Shown here in pieces: positions 34,446-47,565 of a DNA stretch of 64,000 nucleotides. The position numbers and the translations under genes were made by a program. The first letter of the stretch is position 1. Each line of letters begins with the position of its first letter. The notes under the pieces were generated by a model. The model saw only the letters and a list, made by a program, of their open reading frames with translations. It ran no database searches and was not told the origin of the DNA. This DNA is from Macrostomum lignano (Eukaryota): contig NIVC01000553.1 of NCBI GenBank assembly GCA_002269645.1, positions 601,437 to 665,436 on the forward strand, written 5' to 3'.

Positions 34446-36417
34446 CATTTTATTCTTCTTATTCTTCATTTGCTTTTTCAATCTATTCAGGGTTGAGCCA
34501 GTGGCTTATCTTGAATCAAGGTCACAGATACAAACTTCACCAGGCGTCGGTCGGGAATGTTTCTGAAGAACGTGTGAGAAAAGGCGGCGCAGTTTGCGAC
34601 TTGTTGACTCTAACCTCACACCCCCACACCCGACGTGGCGTGCCCCACCTGTCAGTCAGCCACAGCCGACAGTAAACTCGCACGAACCCCCGATTTTAAC
34701 GCCAATACTGGGCGGGTCTCGTCTCTATGCATGAAAGGCTTTTTGAACTCGTTTGTAGGTTTCGGCTTCTTAGTTACCAGTCCGTCTGCCTGCCGCCGAC
34801 GAGTAAAGGGGTGGAAGGAATGAATGCAGGTTCTGCTCTTGGATTGGCTCAAGGACGCCCAAGAACCAGAGTCTGGAGAGACAGCTCCTCCATCCTAAAC
34901 CTACTTCCCCTTGTCATACAACTGTAGGCTGATTGCAGTGCTTCTACCCAAAGTAAAAAACCCGGAGCCTAAATTTGTCTGAAAATGGGTGCTTTTCGGG
35001 GAGAGGTGCGGTCGGGGAGAGGTGCCACTCCAGGCTCTGGTTCTTGGACTCCTTGGTTGGTTCGATTTAAGCCAAACTCTGGCACTGACTGGCAGGCAGC
35101 TCATAAACTTTGGGGTGGGGAAGGAATGAGATAACAGATGAGGCTGTGAGTCACACGTAGAAAACTCTACCACTGGTTTCTGCTGGGGCAATAAAAATAA
35201 CAAAAATGTGCGAAGACACAACTGCCAGCTATTGTAGCTCGTAATATCTCATATCTGTCGCTGAGTGACGACTGAGTGACTGACTTGTAGGGAGAGCGCA
35301 TGGAGGAGACCAAGGACTACTAGGTAGTAATCTAGCTGCTGTTTTGTTGCCTGGACTATCTGAAAAGAAAATACCTCAGGTGCTAAAATAGTTTGTACGT
35401 TGCCGAGATTCATCCGAAATCAAACAGCAATTACTCTTTTAATCTCTCTGCTGTCCTGTACGGATTCACAAAGACTATATAAATTCTATATTTACTCTGC
35501 AAGCCATGATGTCCGATTAGCTCAAACAAAGAGGATTGCCCTGTCTGTTTGCTTTAAAAGAGCCAGCATCCTTCTATCCCCTAATTTTCTATTCTTTTCG
35601 CCACCGATGCAATCTGTGGCCGTGGACAGCGGCTTCTGTCGCCTTGGCTCGCTTGTGCGCCTCCGTATCAATCACCGCATTCAGTCGAGCAGGCGGTGTC
35701 TCATCCCCATGTCCATAGCGATGACTAAGAGGCCTTACTGAGAAATCCCCGTTTGGTGAACCGCGAGGAGCACGGAGATACGGAAGGCACAGAGATCGGC
35801 AATTATGGTGTCGCAGCCAATTTCATTGCATTTCGGAGATGCTATCTCGCTAGCGGATCAGAAGCATGGAGCTCGATCTCGGGTGCTTCCGATGGTATAT
35901 TATCCCGGAGAGAGGAGAGGAGAGCCATGGGGATCTAGGGAAGATCACGGAACAGCGGGCGCAAGCTACGATCGGTAATAATAAATCAACACAGCTCAGC
36001 TAGAGCCTCGAAGCCGATCGTAGTCTCTGCTCGAGCATTAAAAACTGAGCAGTGTTTTACGACTATTGCTGCAAAGCTGCTCGTATTGTGTCATTACCCA
36101 CCCCTCATCCCCCCAACCTGGCCTGTCCCATTGCAATGACCGGATTTGACTGGGGGGCGGGCTGAGTGAGCGAATCCCGATGGATAAAAAAATATCAGAT
36201 ATCAGCAACATGGGATTTAGCGCTTGCTAACGCGTCAAGTGTGGTATCACGGTTTTTTAGAAATCTTCACTGGAGAGAAATACCGACGTAAATTCAAATG
36301 GAGTACCTGCGACACTTTGTCTTTGTCTTTTAACTGTTAGCTCGTATAAAGAAAAAAAGAGAAAAAATAGTCGAAAGGTCGAAGTCAGCATTAGTCATTA
36401 GTGGCTTCAAAAAAGTC

Positions 36418-36815
36418 AAGTGCCTTAGGCAGTGTCATCTAGACCACAGTTACCTCAAGCAGTGTCACCTAGACCTCAGTGACCTCAAGCAGTGTCACCT
36501 AGACCTCAGTGACCTCAAGCAGTGTCATCTAGACCTCAGTAACCTCAAGCAGTGTCACCTAGACCTCAGTGACCTCAAGCAGTGTCACCTAGACCTCAGT
36601 GACCTCAAGCAGTGTCATCTAGACCTCAGTAACCTCAAGCAGTGTCAACTAGACCCCAGTAACCTCTCCAGCAGTGTCAACTAGAACCCAGTAACGTCTC
36701 CAGCAGTGTCAACTAGACCCCAGTAACCTCTCCAGCAGTGTCAACTAGACCCCAGTAACCTCTCCAGCAGTGTCAACTAGAACCCAGTAACGTCTCCAGC
36801 AGTGTCAAATAGACC
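36418..36815. repeat. 30-32-bp minisatellite (agcagtgtcacctagacctcagtgacctca)
   Basis: About 13 copies, shifting to a 32-bp variant at 36660. Confidence 0.93.
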
Positions 36816-37338
36816 ACAATGTCCTATAGTGGGGTCATTTCACGTGAATTTTTAACACAAAATTCCAAATTTATAAATTTTTAGCAGCAATCAATTCCAA
36901 GTCAGCGCAAAAACTACTCTAGCTAATTCGATTTTCCGGAATCTGTACTTAAATTTGCTGCGTTGCCTAAATTTCATAAAGTTAGCCACATCAATCTTGT
37001 TGAAGCGCAACACATGCAACTGTTGAAGCCTCTAGCGAGGGCCTCAAAGTGTGCTGGATTGTGCACCAAAGAAAGACAGCCAAGGTTGGCCCAGGGTCCC
37101 AGCCAATCCGCTGGCAGCGTCTGCCTCACGCCCAGGTCCTGAGACTGCGCAGCCAACAGACAGACGTGAGCGAGAGAGAAAAGAATAGCATATCTCTCCT
37201 ACTGAAATGAAGACCCGCGAGAATCAGTGCGTCTTTACCAATTCTTAATCTCTCCTCACTGTAGGATATGCCAAGAATTCGCTAAGGATGCCTTCACTAT
37301 TGAGCCACCGTCGTAAAGGACGGCGACTTCATGCCGCG

Positions 37339-38514
37339 ATGCAGCACGGCTGCTTCCTCTACCTGTTGCTGATGGTCGTCATGGCAACACTGTCATTGGC
37401 TAAACCTCCGTGCCCGGCTCAGATGCCATGCCAGTGTACAGATAAGCGCCTCAAGTGCGTCCAACAGGAGCCACAACCGCCAGTGGATGGAACGAAGCCG
37501 TTGCACTACCTCTCACTTGTGCCCTACTTTGAGCCGAGCAGCCCGGAGACTCGCTGGTCCTACGCATTCCACGAATTGCGCATCCGCAACCAGGCCATGA
37601 CTAACCTCAGCTTGGCCTACGCCTGGGGCTCTCTCAGCCTGAGCCGCGTGGAGGTGACCAACTCGCTGGTGCGTCGGCTGGCTCCAGGCGCGTTCCACGG
37701 CCTGACGGGCGTTAAATCGCTCAACCTGTCGCACAACATGCTCTCTTCGGTGGACGCCGACGACCTCAGTGAGCTGCCAGCGCTGGAGGAGCTGGTGCTG
37801 CACAACAATCTCATTAAAACTCTGCACCCCAAAGCTCTGCTGCACAATGGTCTGGTTGCAAAGCTCTTTCTCAGTCACAATCTTCTGACCGAGGTGCCGC
37901 CGGGCTTGAAGCAGCTGACTTACCTGACTCATCTGTACTTGCAGTACAACAATATCGCTGCAATTCCTGGCCGAGCATTCGAAGGACTGACCCGGCTCAT
38001 CATATTGGATCTGGGCGCCCTGCGAGCCGGTCTCAGAATTGCCGACTCGGCGTTTTGCGGCCTCCAAGGCGGCCTGGCGGCGCTCTACCTGCGAGGCAAC
38101 ATTCTGCGCCGGCTGGACCTGTGCGCACTGGGCCAAGCGCACTCTCTGCGCGGCCTCAACCTGACAGGCAGTCTGTTCCCCTGCTCCTGCCAGGCCTTCA
38201 GCTTGGCTAACCGCACCAACTGGCAGCGGCTGTACGGTTTCGCGCCCCACTTTGTCTCTTACGAGGCCAGCTTGCTGTCCCGTAACTGCGATCTCAACTG
38301 TAAGGACCGACCGGCACCCTGTCCGGACTACTGCGCTGTCCGAGCAGCGTCGCCTGCCTCCAGACCTGCAGCTGCCGCGGCCGCTGCTGCCGGCAGTTTC
38401 GCACTGGACTACGGCGGAAAAGGCGCGGCAGTGTCCGCAGCGTCTCGTCTGTCGGAATCTGCCGCGATTGTCGCCTCCCTACTAACCAGCTGTGTTCTTT
38501 TGCTCACTTTTTGA
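37339..38514 (+). CDS. Secreted/cell-surface leucine-rich-repeat protein, probably GPI-anchored
   Basis: Single-exon ORF; alternative upstream ATG at 37288. Hydrophobic signal (FLYLLLMVVMATLSLA), LRRNT CPAQMPCQC, LRRs such as VKSLNLSHNMLSSV, LEELVLHNNLIKTL, LTHLYLQYNNIAAI, Cys-rich cap, and hydrophobic C-terminus AAIVASLLTSCVLLLTF with no cytoplasmic tail. Confidence 0.88.
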   Translation: MQHGCFLYLLLMVVMATLSLAKPPCPAQMPCQCTDKRLKCVQQEPQPPVDGTKPLHYLSLVPYFEPSSPETRWSYAFHELRIRNQAMTNLSLAYAWGSLSLSRVEVTNSLVRRLAPGAFHGLTGVKSLNLSHNMLSSVDADDLSELPALEELVLHNNLIKTLHPKALLHNGLVAKLFLSHNLLTEVPPGLKQLTYLTHLYLQYNNIAAIPGRAFEGLTRLIILDLGALRAGLRIADSAFCGLQGGLAALYLRGNILRRLDLCALGQAHSLRGLNLTGSLFPCSCQAFSLANRTNWQRLYGFAPHFVSYEASLLSRNCDLNCKDRPAPCPDYCAVRAASPASRPAAAAAAAAGSFALDYGGKGAAVSAASRLSESAAIVASLLTSCVLLLTF

Positions 38515-40479
38515 GTCTGCTTTTTGTGTATATTTCCTGATTTATACTCGTAGATTTATAACTGCTTTAATTTCGAGCTGCATGCTAATTTCTATGCGTT
38601 TGTTTGCTGAAGTCTCCAAGACTCTTGACTTTTGTCTTATGTTGATTGTGTAAAATTCGAAAAATTGAGCACTACATTGCTCAGACGAGCCTATACAGTG
38701 CAAGGAAAGCGACCGAGTGTTTTGGCCTAATTTTTGTACACAAAATTTTTGAAAGCCACCGAACCAGACAGCCGCTTTTTCTGCTTTTGCGCGCTTTTTC
38801 TTTGCTTAGGACTTGCTTACCTGACTTATCTTGTGCTTTGCTTGGCGACTGCCGCTGTAAATACAGGACTTACGACTGCGTGGAGACCCAGTTTCATCGC
38901 TACGAGCGTAACTGTGAAATCAGCTGCGCTATAAAAAGCCGCACAAATTCTCTCTCTGTCTCTCAGTAAGCCATGACTGAAGCTGCAGACACCAACCAAA
39001 GAGTTAAGGCTGCACGGAGACAAGAATTCTCTTCTTTGCTCTCATCTCTTTCCTAATTTGCAAAACCGCTCGCATCAATGCTTTGCTACAGTCGGAGACT
39101 TGATAAATCATCTCGCAGTTGCCTGTATCGCTTGCATTTTACCGGAGGTGACCCTCGAGGGAGGGTGTCGGTGCAAGGCTGCAAAAAAGGCAAAATGGGG
39201 ATTCTTATCCAACGAAAAAGAGTTGCTACAGTAGCAATTTTCTATGATGTGCCTTATGGGTATCTTGTCAACAATTTGTTCAGCACTTTACAGCATCTAC
39301 AGCATCTTTGCCGTTTCTTTCGCTTCGCTTTCTGGCTCCAGTGTGTTGCAGAAGAGATAATTATACAGAAATACTGAAGTCTGCCCGAGCTGACTTGCGC
39401 TTGTGCTTCTTGGTCTACCGCTAGTCACGGCTCAGTGAGCTTCAAGAATCAAACTGCTCCCTCCGTTTGCGCTTCACCCCCAACCCGCGATGCTGACAGA
39501 AGCGCCTTTGGCGGACAATCTTACAGTACCAAACACGAATAAAGCTGTTTTTTGCTTTTGCTACCACAGAGGGCGACAATGACAGATGCATTCGATTGTC
39601 TGAGCTCTGGGGTAAGGGCAGCTAAGTTTGTGGTTGTCTCTCACACTCACACTCACTCTCTCACACTACACTCTCACACTCGCCACCCCTCCTGACTAGA
39701 TGAAATTCTAGTAGACAATACATTAAAGAGCCTGTGCTATGTATGCGTTTGACTTGTGGGCATGTCACTTGTAATAAATCACCTAGACTCCAATGTTCTC
39801 ACGTTGTAGTTGTGGTAGTCATTGTTGACAGAATATAATGAAAAAACTTTTTTTCTGAAAAATAATGAATTCTCAACTGTGTGCCGCTAAGAGGGGAGTG
39901 TGGGCAACTGTATTTCAACAATAATCTCAATTGACTATTTTTTACCCAGAAAGACCCGAAAGAGTTTGAATGTCCTAGCTTTGCTGCTGAAAGTAGCCAG
40001 TTAGAAAGTTGAATTGAGAGGCCATCTAAAAAATAGCACGCATACGAAATATTTTTTCTAAAACGACTCCAATTTACTGAAATTACACGGGGGGTATTTT
40101 TTGACACTCAATCATCTGCATCTGCTTTTGACCGTTGCTGCTAAAAAAGGCTACCGCTGTGGGAGAAGAGACAGGGAGACTGCTGCAGATAAACAGCGGG
40201 ATAAGTTAATAATTCATACAGGGTTTCCATCCTGAAATAATCGGCGGGGGCTTATTTTTTTCGAAATCTTTTTCGTCCCTTACATCTTTGATCATTCATT
40301 GCCAGTGCACTATTTGCCTAATCTCTGTGCTCAGACGCCTGCCTGTTGATTTGGGCTAAAAATAGTCAGGGGCAGGTCGGTTGAAAATTAATAAGCAACT
40401 CTTTAAAGCCAATGAGACGTAGAGACAGAAATAACATTCTTGCCCCTTGACTTCTGACTTTCCCAATGTGAGCTTTGGA

Positions 40480-40968
40480 ATCACAGCAATTCGTTATGAA
40501 TTTTGACATCACAGCAATTCCCTATGAGCTTTGACATCACGGCAATTCCCTATGCATTTTTGCATCACAGCAATTCCCTATGAGTTTAGACATCACAGCA
40601 ATTCCCTATGAGTTTTGACATCAGAGCAATTCCCTATGAGCTTCGGCATCACAGCAATTCCCTATGAGTTTTGACATCAGAGCAATTCCCTATGAGCTTC
40701 GGCATCACAGCAATTCCCTATGAGTTTTGACATCAGAGCAATTCCCTATGAGCTTCGGCATCAGAGCAATTCCCTATGAGCTTCGGCATCACAGCAATTC
40801 CCTATGAGTTTTGACATCAGAGCAATTCCCTATGAGCTTCGGCATCACAGCAATTCCCTATGATTTTTGACATCAGAGCAATTCCCTATGAGCTTCGGCA
40901 TCAGAGCAATTCCCTATGAGCTTCGGCATCACACCAATTCCCTATGAGTTTAGACATCACAGCAATCA
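40480..40968. repeat. 28-bp minisatellite (acatcacagcaattccctatgagttttg)
   Basis: About 17 copies, two alternating variants. Confidence 0.95.
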
Positions 40969-40974
40969 CAGAAG

Positions 40975-41564
<590 letters not shown>

Positions 41565-41977
41565 TCAGCAACTGTCTACACTCGTAAAAATCAAAAGCTA
41601 ACCAGAATCTTCTCTTCCCATTTCTACCACTTCAAACAGCTTGGGAATTTGCCATTGTGTTCACCAGATATGGGCAGTTCAATGGGAGGCGCATCTTCAA
41701 GAAAATTTTAATTCTCGACTCACGTAAGACAAATTTTAGAATCCAGGGACTCTCTTTTAACCAAAAACAATTTCTTTTCACTGTGCGACACCATCGAAAA
41801 TTGATGAAGTGATTGAAAAATGAAGCGCTAAAAATAAATTAACGGTCTTCGAAGACGGAAAACCCATTTGCAGTTGAAAAGGAAACAGCCATGATTGATA
41901 CGTGCTCGCATGTAAATGGATATGTACTATTCGAGGCAAAGAAGATGGAAAAGGCCTAACAGACGAACAAGAAGCCT

Positions 41978-42400
41978 GGCGACCCTTGGTGCTGGCGCCC
42001 CTTGGTGCTGGCGCCCCTTGGTGCTGGCGCCCCTTGGTGCTGGCGCCCCTTGGTGCTAAAGCCCCTTGGTGCTAAAGCCCCTTGGTGCTAAAGCCCCTTG
42101 GTGCTAAAGCCCCTTGGTGCTAAAGCCCCTTGGTGCTAAAGCCCCTTGGTGCTAAAGCCCCTTGGTGCTAAAGCCCCTTGGTGCTAAAGCCCCTTGGTGC
42201 TGGCGCCCCTTGGTGCTGGCGCCCCTTGGTGCTGGCGCCCCTTGGTGCTAAAGCCCCTTGGTGCTAAAGCCCCTTGGTGCTAAAGCCCCTTGGTGCTGGC
42301 GCCCCTTGGTGCTAAAGCCCCTTGGTGCTGGCGCCCCTTGGTGCTGGCGCCCCTTGGTGCTGGCGCCCCTTGGTGCTGGCGCCCCTTGGTGCTGGCGCTC
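41978..42400. repeat. 16-bp minisatellite (gccccttggtgctggc / gccccttggtgctaaa)
   Basis: About 26 copies in blocks of two variants. Confidence 0.95.
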
Positions 42401-43737
42401 CTCAATCCAGTTATGCAAGCGTAGTCATAAGTCATTAGAATAGTTTTCTATTACCTCGTATTCAGCTTCTCATGTGAACCCTCCGCTAATAATTGAATTT
42501 ATGTGACAGTTGAAATTAAAATATTCCACACAGACACACAAGCGTCTGTGTGATACGCAGCACTGCCCCCTCCCCCTAGGGAGGGTTGGACAAATTTGAC
42601 AGATCTTTGCCAACGATAAATAATGGGCTGAAAATAAATTTTTTATGACGCGCATAGCGTTAGAAGTTCTATACTCGTAGTCAGACAGGCGATTCTCAGT
42701 GCAGAAAAATGCTGCGTGGGCCCATATGAAAAACAGTTTTTATCAGTTCTAATCGTGCATTTCAAAGTTTTCTATAATAATCCGTTTGAAAACCAAACTT
42801 TGCCAGTAGTGCTCAAGGACTACTAAAGTATATACGTTGCTTTAGTTGTCTTTGGCAGCGCTTGGTAGATATTTTGCACCAGTTGGAAATTTGCTTGCGT
42901 GGCACTCTTGACGCTCGTGGTCCGCTGGGGAGGGGGGTGCTTTCACAAGTAAAATTTCACTTGTGAATAGATGACATTGTGAAGGAGGTGCTTCCAATGT
43001 TGTGAAAACCCCTCCTCCGACTGGCCTGAAGTCAGACTGAGAGAAATGAAGGCATACAATGTGTTCAAGTACAATTATTAACCATAACAAAACAAAAAGA
43101 CGTCAAAACAACATATAGCTCGCAATAAAGTCACATCGGAAAGAATCAGTTGTCGGGGACCATAGCTTGATGCATGCAGAATATTTTTATCAGCACAACT
43201 TTATCAAATTTAATTTGGTAAAAACGCGTCTTCCGATTCAGCGTCCAGGTAGATGCGAGTCGCTCATTTGCTAAACTGTGCGTGAACCATTGAATCCTAT
43301 TATAAAATCAAGAAGATTGTAACTGTACGTGCCTAGAATGCTGTTCGGCCCAAATGTTTATCTTACTGTCCGTCGCGTGCCCACCCGCTCTTATCATGCG
43401 TGAACCGACCTGAAGTCTGCGCAGTAATCTGTACGTCTGATGTGGTTCTAAACAAGCACCCAACTTGGGGCTATAAGACTGGCTGAGGACTGCTGCTTCG
43501 CTTGAATGCTAAAACTAACCCTATTTATTTGGGTAAGTTGATACATTCGCTGCGTGAACAAGCTTTGTAAACAGATTTCAAATCCAGGGCAGCCGTTTAA
43601 AAATTGTTTCTTTCTCCCAGTCATTCGATGCGCATTTAAACTGCTGCGCCTTGTAAATCTTGCTTTCTGCACACAAGTCTTGTATTAAAAGGTTTACCTA
43701 AACTTCTTTTCAGACAACTCGCGAAAAGCTCTGATTG

Positions 43738-45517
43738 ATGGCTAGACTAGACTCAATGCTGCTGCCTCTGCTGCTAGCGGCAGTCGGATCGTTGACCTGC
43801 CACGCTGCTCCTGCCGAGGACCAGGTGATGATTCTGCCCGGACTGAAGCAGCAGCCCGCCTTCAAGCACTACTCTGGCTACCTCAAGGCAGGCGGAGACC
43901 GGCACCTGCACTATTGGCTGGTTGAGAGCTCGAAAGCCGACCCGACAAAGGCGCCGCTAGTTTTGTGGTTCAACGGCGGGCCCGGCTGCTCTTCCTTGGA
44001 GGGCCTGCTGCGCGAGAACGGGCCTTTTCGCGTCAACGACATGGCCTGGCTGGAGATGAACCCTTACGCTTGGAATCGAGACGCAAACGTCCTGTACATC
44101 GAGGCTCCGGCTGGAGTGGGCTTCAGCTACTCGGAGAGCAACGTCACGAAGACCAACGATACTCAAGTGGCCGAAGACAACTATCTGGCGCTGAAGAGCT
44201 TCCTGGAGAAGTTCCCCGAGTACAAGGGCAGAGAGATGCACATCTCCGGCGAGAGCTACGGTGGCGTCTACGTGCCTACTCTGGCCGCCAGGTGAGTAGG
44301 AACTTGAATTCGAAACCTATTCGACGATCTGTTGGACAAACTTTGGCGCAAGATGGCCGGGGGTTTTCGTGCCATTCGCAGCTGTTAGGACCGACTCCCA
44401 ACGTACAAAGAGTGTTCATTCCGGGCCGCTGTACACTCTTTGTGAGCGTGTGCATCCGCGCGTTTGTATTGTACGCGTTGCTGCAGGGTGCCTACAACCC
44501 TCATGCGAATGTTAATTTTTATATAACTCATATCGCAAACACAGGGTCTTGACTGACAAGAGCATCAATCTTCGCGGCATCCTGATTGGCAACAGTATCG
44601 ACTCTTGGCCGCTTAACTCTCTGTCGCTAATCTACTTTGGCTACTACCACGGTCTGATTGGCTATCAGTTCTGGGCCAACCTCACCTCCTCCTGCTGCAA
44701 CAGCTGCGTTGGCGTCCGGTGCGACTTCTATGCCGGCAAGTCGAAGCCGGCCTGCGCCGACCTTCTGTCCCGCGCCGAGCGCATCACGGACGGCCTGAAC
44801 ATCTACAATCTCTACCAGCCGTGCTACGGAGGCGTACCTAAGAGTCGTCGGCAACGCAGCCTCCTAAATAATCTAATGTTTGACCATCTAGAGGACTCAA
44901 CGATGGATGTCACCTCCTGGACTATGTTGATGTCTCAGGATGACACTCAGCGTGATTCATCGCAGCAGCGCCAGACTCAGCAGGAGTCGCCGTCGCCGCA
45001 GCAGGTGGCTCGGACCTACTTGCTGAGGCGCTCTCGGCAGGACCGCTTGGCCTCCATTGGCGAAGACCCGCCCTGCACGAACAGCACCGCCATCACTACC
45101 TACCTGAATCTACCTGCCGCTCGCTACGCCCTGCATGTGAAGGACGTTGGACCCTACACAATCTGCAGCAACCTGGACTATACAGTCGAGTACAACGACA
45201 TGACTCCTGTGTACCAGAAGCTGCTCAAGTCGGGTCGCCTGCGAATCACACTCTACAATGGCGACGTTGACATGGCCTGCAACTTCCTGCAGACCGAATG
45301 GTTCCTGCAGAACCTCAACCAAACCGTCACAACGCCAAGAAAGCCGTGGTACTTCGACGACCCGGTCAACGGTCGCCAAATCGGTGGGTTCGTTCGCCAG
45401 TGGGCTGGCAACCTCACCTACCTGACGGTGCGCGGCTCCGGCCACATGGTCCCCGAGGACAAGCCGCAGCAGGCCTACGTGCTGTTCAAGAATCACTTGA
45501 CGGGCTCCGGATATTGA
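43738..45517 (+). CDS. CTSA: Serine carboxypeptidase S10, cathepsin A / lysosomal protective protein-like, about 508 aa
   Basis: Exons 43738-44291 and 44545-45517 (phase 2). Signal peptide; [25 protein letters not shown] (catalytic Ser), NGDVDMAC (Asp), GSGHMVP (His). Confidence 0.95.
44422..44462 (+). mobile_element. Remnant of the SINE 3' domain in the carboxypeptidase intron
   Basis: gggccgctgtacactctttgtgagcgtgtgc matches the SINE copy at about 537-567. Confidence 0.55.
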
Positions 45518-46496
45518 GAGCCAAATGACAGCCCGGTGATTAACATTTCGAGTATGCCGGTATAATTACACCCCCTCATTCAATAGCTCAATAATCCATT
45601 TATTTATTCAATATCTCTATCTCGCATGATTGAATCCGCTGCTAGCTCAGAAAGCTAAATGGACTCTCGGATAAAAGTCAATTTTAGAAGCGACTACTCC
45701 AGTATCTACTAAAAGCTAGAGTGAGAACATAATTTTACAATTCATTTGATTGATTGACATTAGCAATTAATCGCTTTGACTGTCTCTGTCTCAGTGAAAT
45801 TTTCACGCTTCAGTCTGTTAATCAAATATAAAAGTTAAATCCTAACTTTTAGGAAGATTCTCTCAGAGTCTCTCAATTTCTATAAATGCCATTAGGAAGC
45901 GAGGCTATTACAAACGCATGAGGGAGCTAATGGAGATGGGAGCTGCTTGAGAGGCAGAGCAAGTAGCATCCTATTGCACAGCGATATTTATTTCCGAGTG
46001 ACTCACACTCTTCCAGATCGAATCAAAATATTTAACACCGGCGTTTGTTCTGCATAAACTCTTCAGACTCGATGTTTATTCAACTTTGCTCGGCGCACGG
46101 TACAAAATGTCAGTTGGTCTCTACTTTGCAATTCAAACATTATTTATCAGTTTTTAGCTTTACAAAAACTACTGAAAACATTAACTTAGCAAAAACACAC
46201 AACTACAGTACAATTTATTTGCCTTCTGACTGACAGCTCTCAGAGCAGAACTTACCCATAATTTATTGACATGTGTGCTGATCGTGTCCTCAGGTAACCA
46301 TGGGTTTTTCTGGCATTTTTGTTGAAGCAAATGATTTGTGACTCTTAAAAATGGTGTACTTCGCAATCTTAGGAGCGCCTGGATAGATAATTCAAGCTTG
46401 AGATGTCTTGTTTGGTTCGCAACGTTCTCGAGAGATTCCACTCTCATTAATCTGATATTTCACAAACTCGAGGAGTTTTCACAACCTCCCTTGAAA

Positions 46497-47565
46497 TCAA
46501 CACCCTCCCAGATAGTTTCACACCCTCCCTGATAGTTTCACACTCTCCCAGATGGTTTCACACCCTCCCTGATAGTTTCACACCTTCCCTGATAGTTTCA
46601 CACTCTCCCAGATCGTTTCACACCCTCCCAAATAGTTTCACACCCTCCCTGATAGTTTCACACCCTCCCTGATAGTTTCACACCCTCCCTGATAGCTTCA
46701 CACCCTCCCTGATAGTTTCACACCCTCCCTGATACTTTCACACCCTCCCTGATAGTTTCACACCCTTCATGATGGTTTCACACCCTCCCTGATAGTTTCA
46801 CACCTTCCCTGACAGTTTCACACCCTCCCTGATAGTTCCACACCCTCCCTGATAGTTTTACACCCTCCCTGATAGTTTCACACCCTCCCTGATAGTTTCA
46901 CATCCTTCCTGATAGTTTCACACCATCCCTGATAGTTTCCCACCCTCCCTCCCTGATAGTTTTACACACTCATCCGGTAGTTTCAAAATCTTTCTAATAG
47001 TTTCACACCCTCCCTGATAGTTTCACACCCTCCCTGATAGTTTCACACCCTCCCTGATAGTTTCACACCCTCCCTGATAGTTTCACACCCTCCCTGATAG
47101 TTTCACACCCTCCCTGATAGTTTCACACCCTTCATGATGGTTTCACACCCTCCCTGATAGTTTCACACCTTCCCTGACAGTTTCACACCCTCCCTGATAG
47201 TTCCACACCCTCCCTGATAGTTTTACACCCTCCCTGATAGTTTCACACCCTCCCTGATAGTTTCACATCCTTCCTGATAGTTTCACACCATCCCTGATAG
47301 TTTCCCACCCTCCCTCCCTGATAGTTTTACACACTCATCCGGTAGTTTCAAAATCTTTCTAATAGTTTCACACCCTCCCTGATACTTTCACACCCTCCCT
47401 GATAGTTTCACACCCTTCATGATGGTTTCCCACCCTCCCTGATAGTTTCACACCCTTCATGATGGTTTCACACCCATCCTGATAGTTTCCCACCCTCCCT
47501 AATAGTTTCACACCCTCCCTCATAGTTTCACACCCTCCCTCATAGTTTCACACCCTCCCTGACAG
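46497..47565. repeat. 20-bp minisatellite (tttcacaccctccctgatag) with a 365-bp internal block duplication
   Basis: Diagnostic variants ttcat (46766, 47131) and catccggtag (46971, 47336) are offset by 365 bp. Confidence 0.95.

Noticed and set aside
37513-38250. 245-aa antisense ORF over the LRR gene, and similar antisense ORFs over other exons (e.g. 58476-58835, 63355-63717)
   Set aside because: Shadow ORFs of GC-rich coding sequence with no recognisable motifs.
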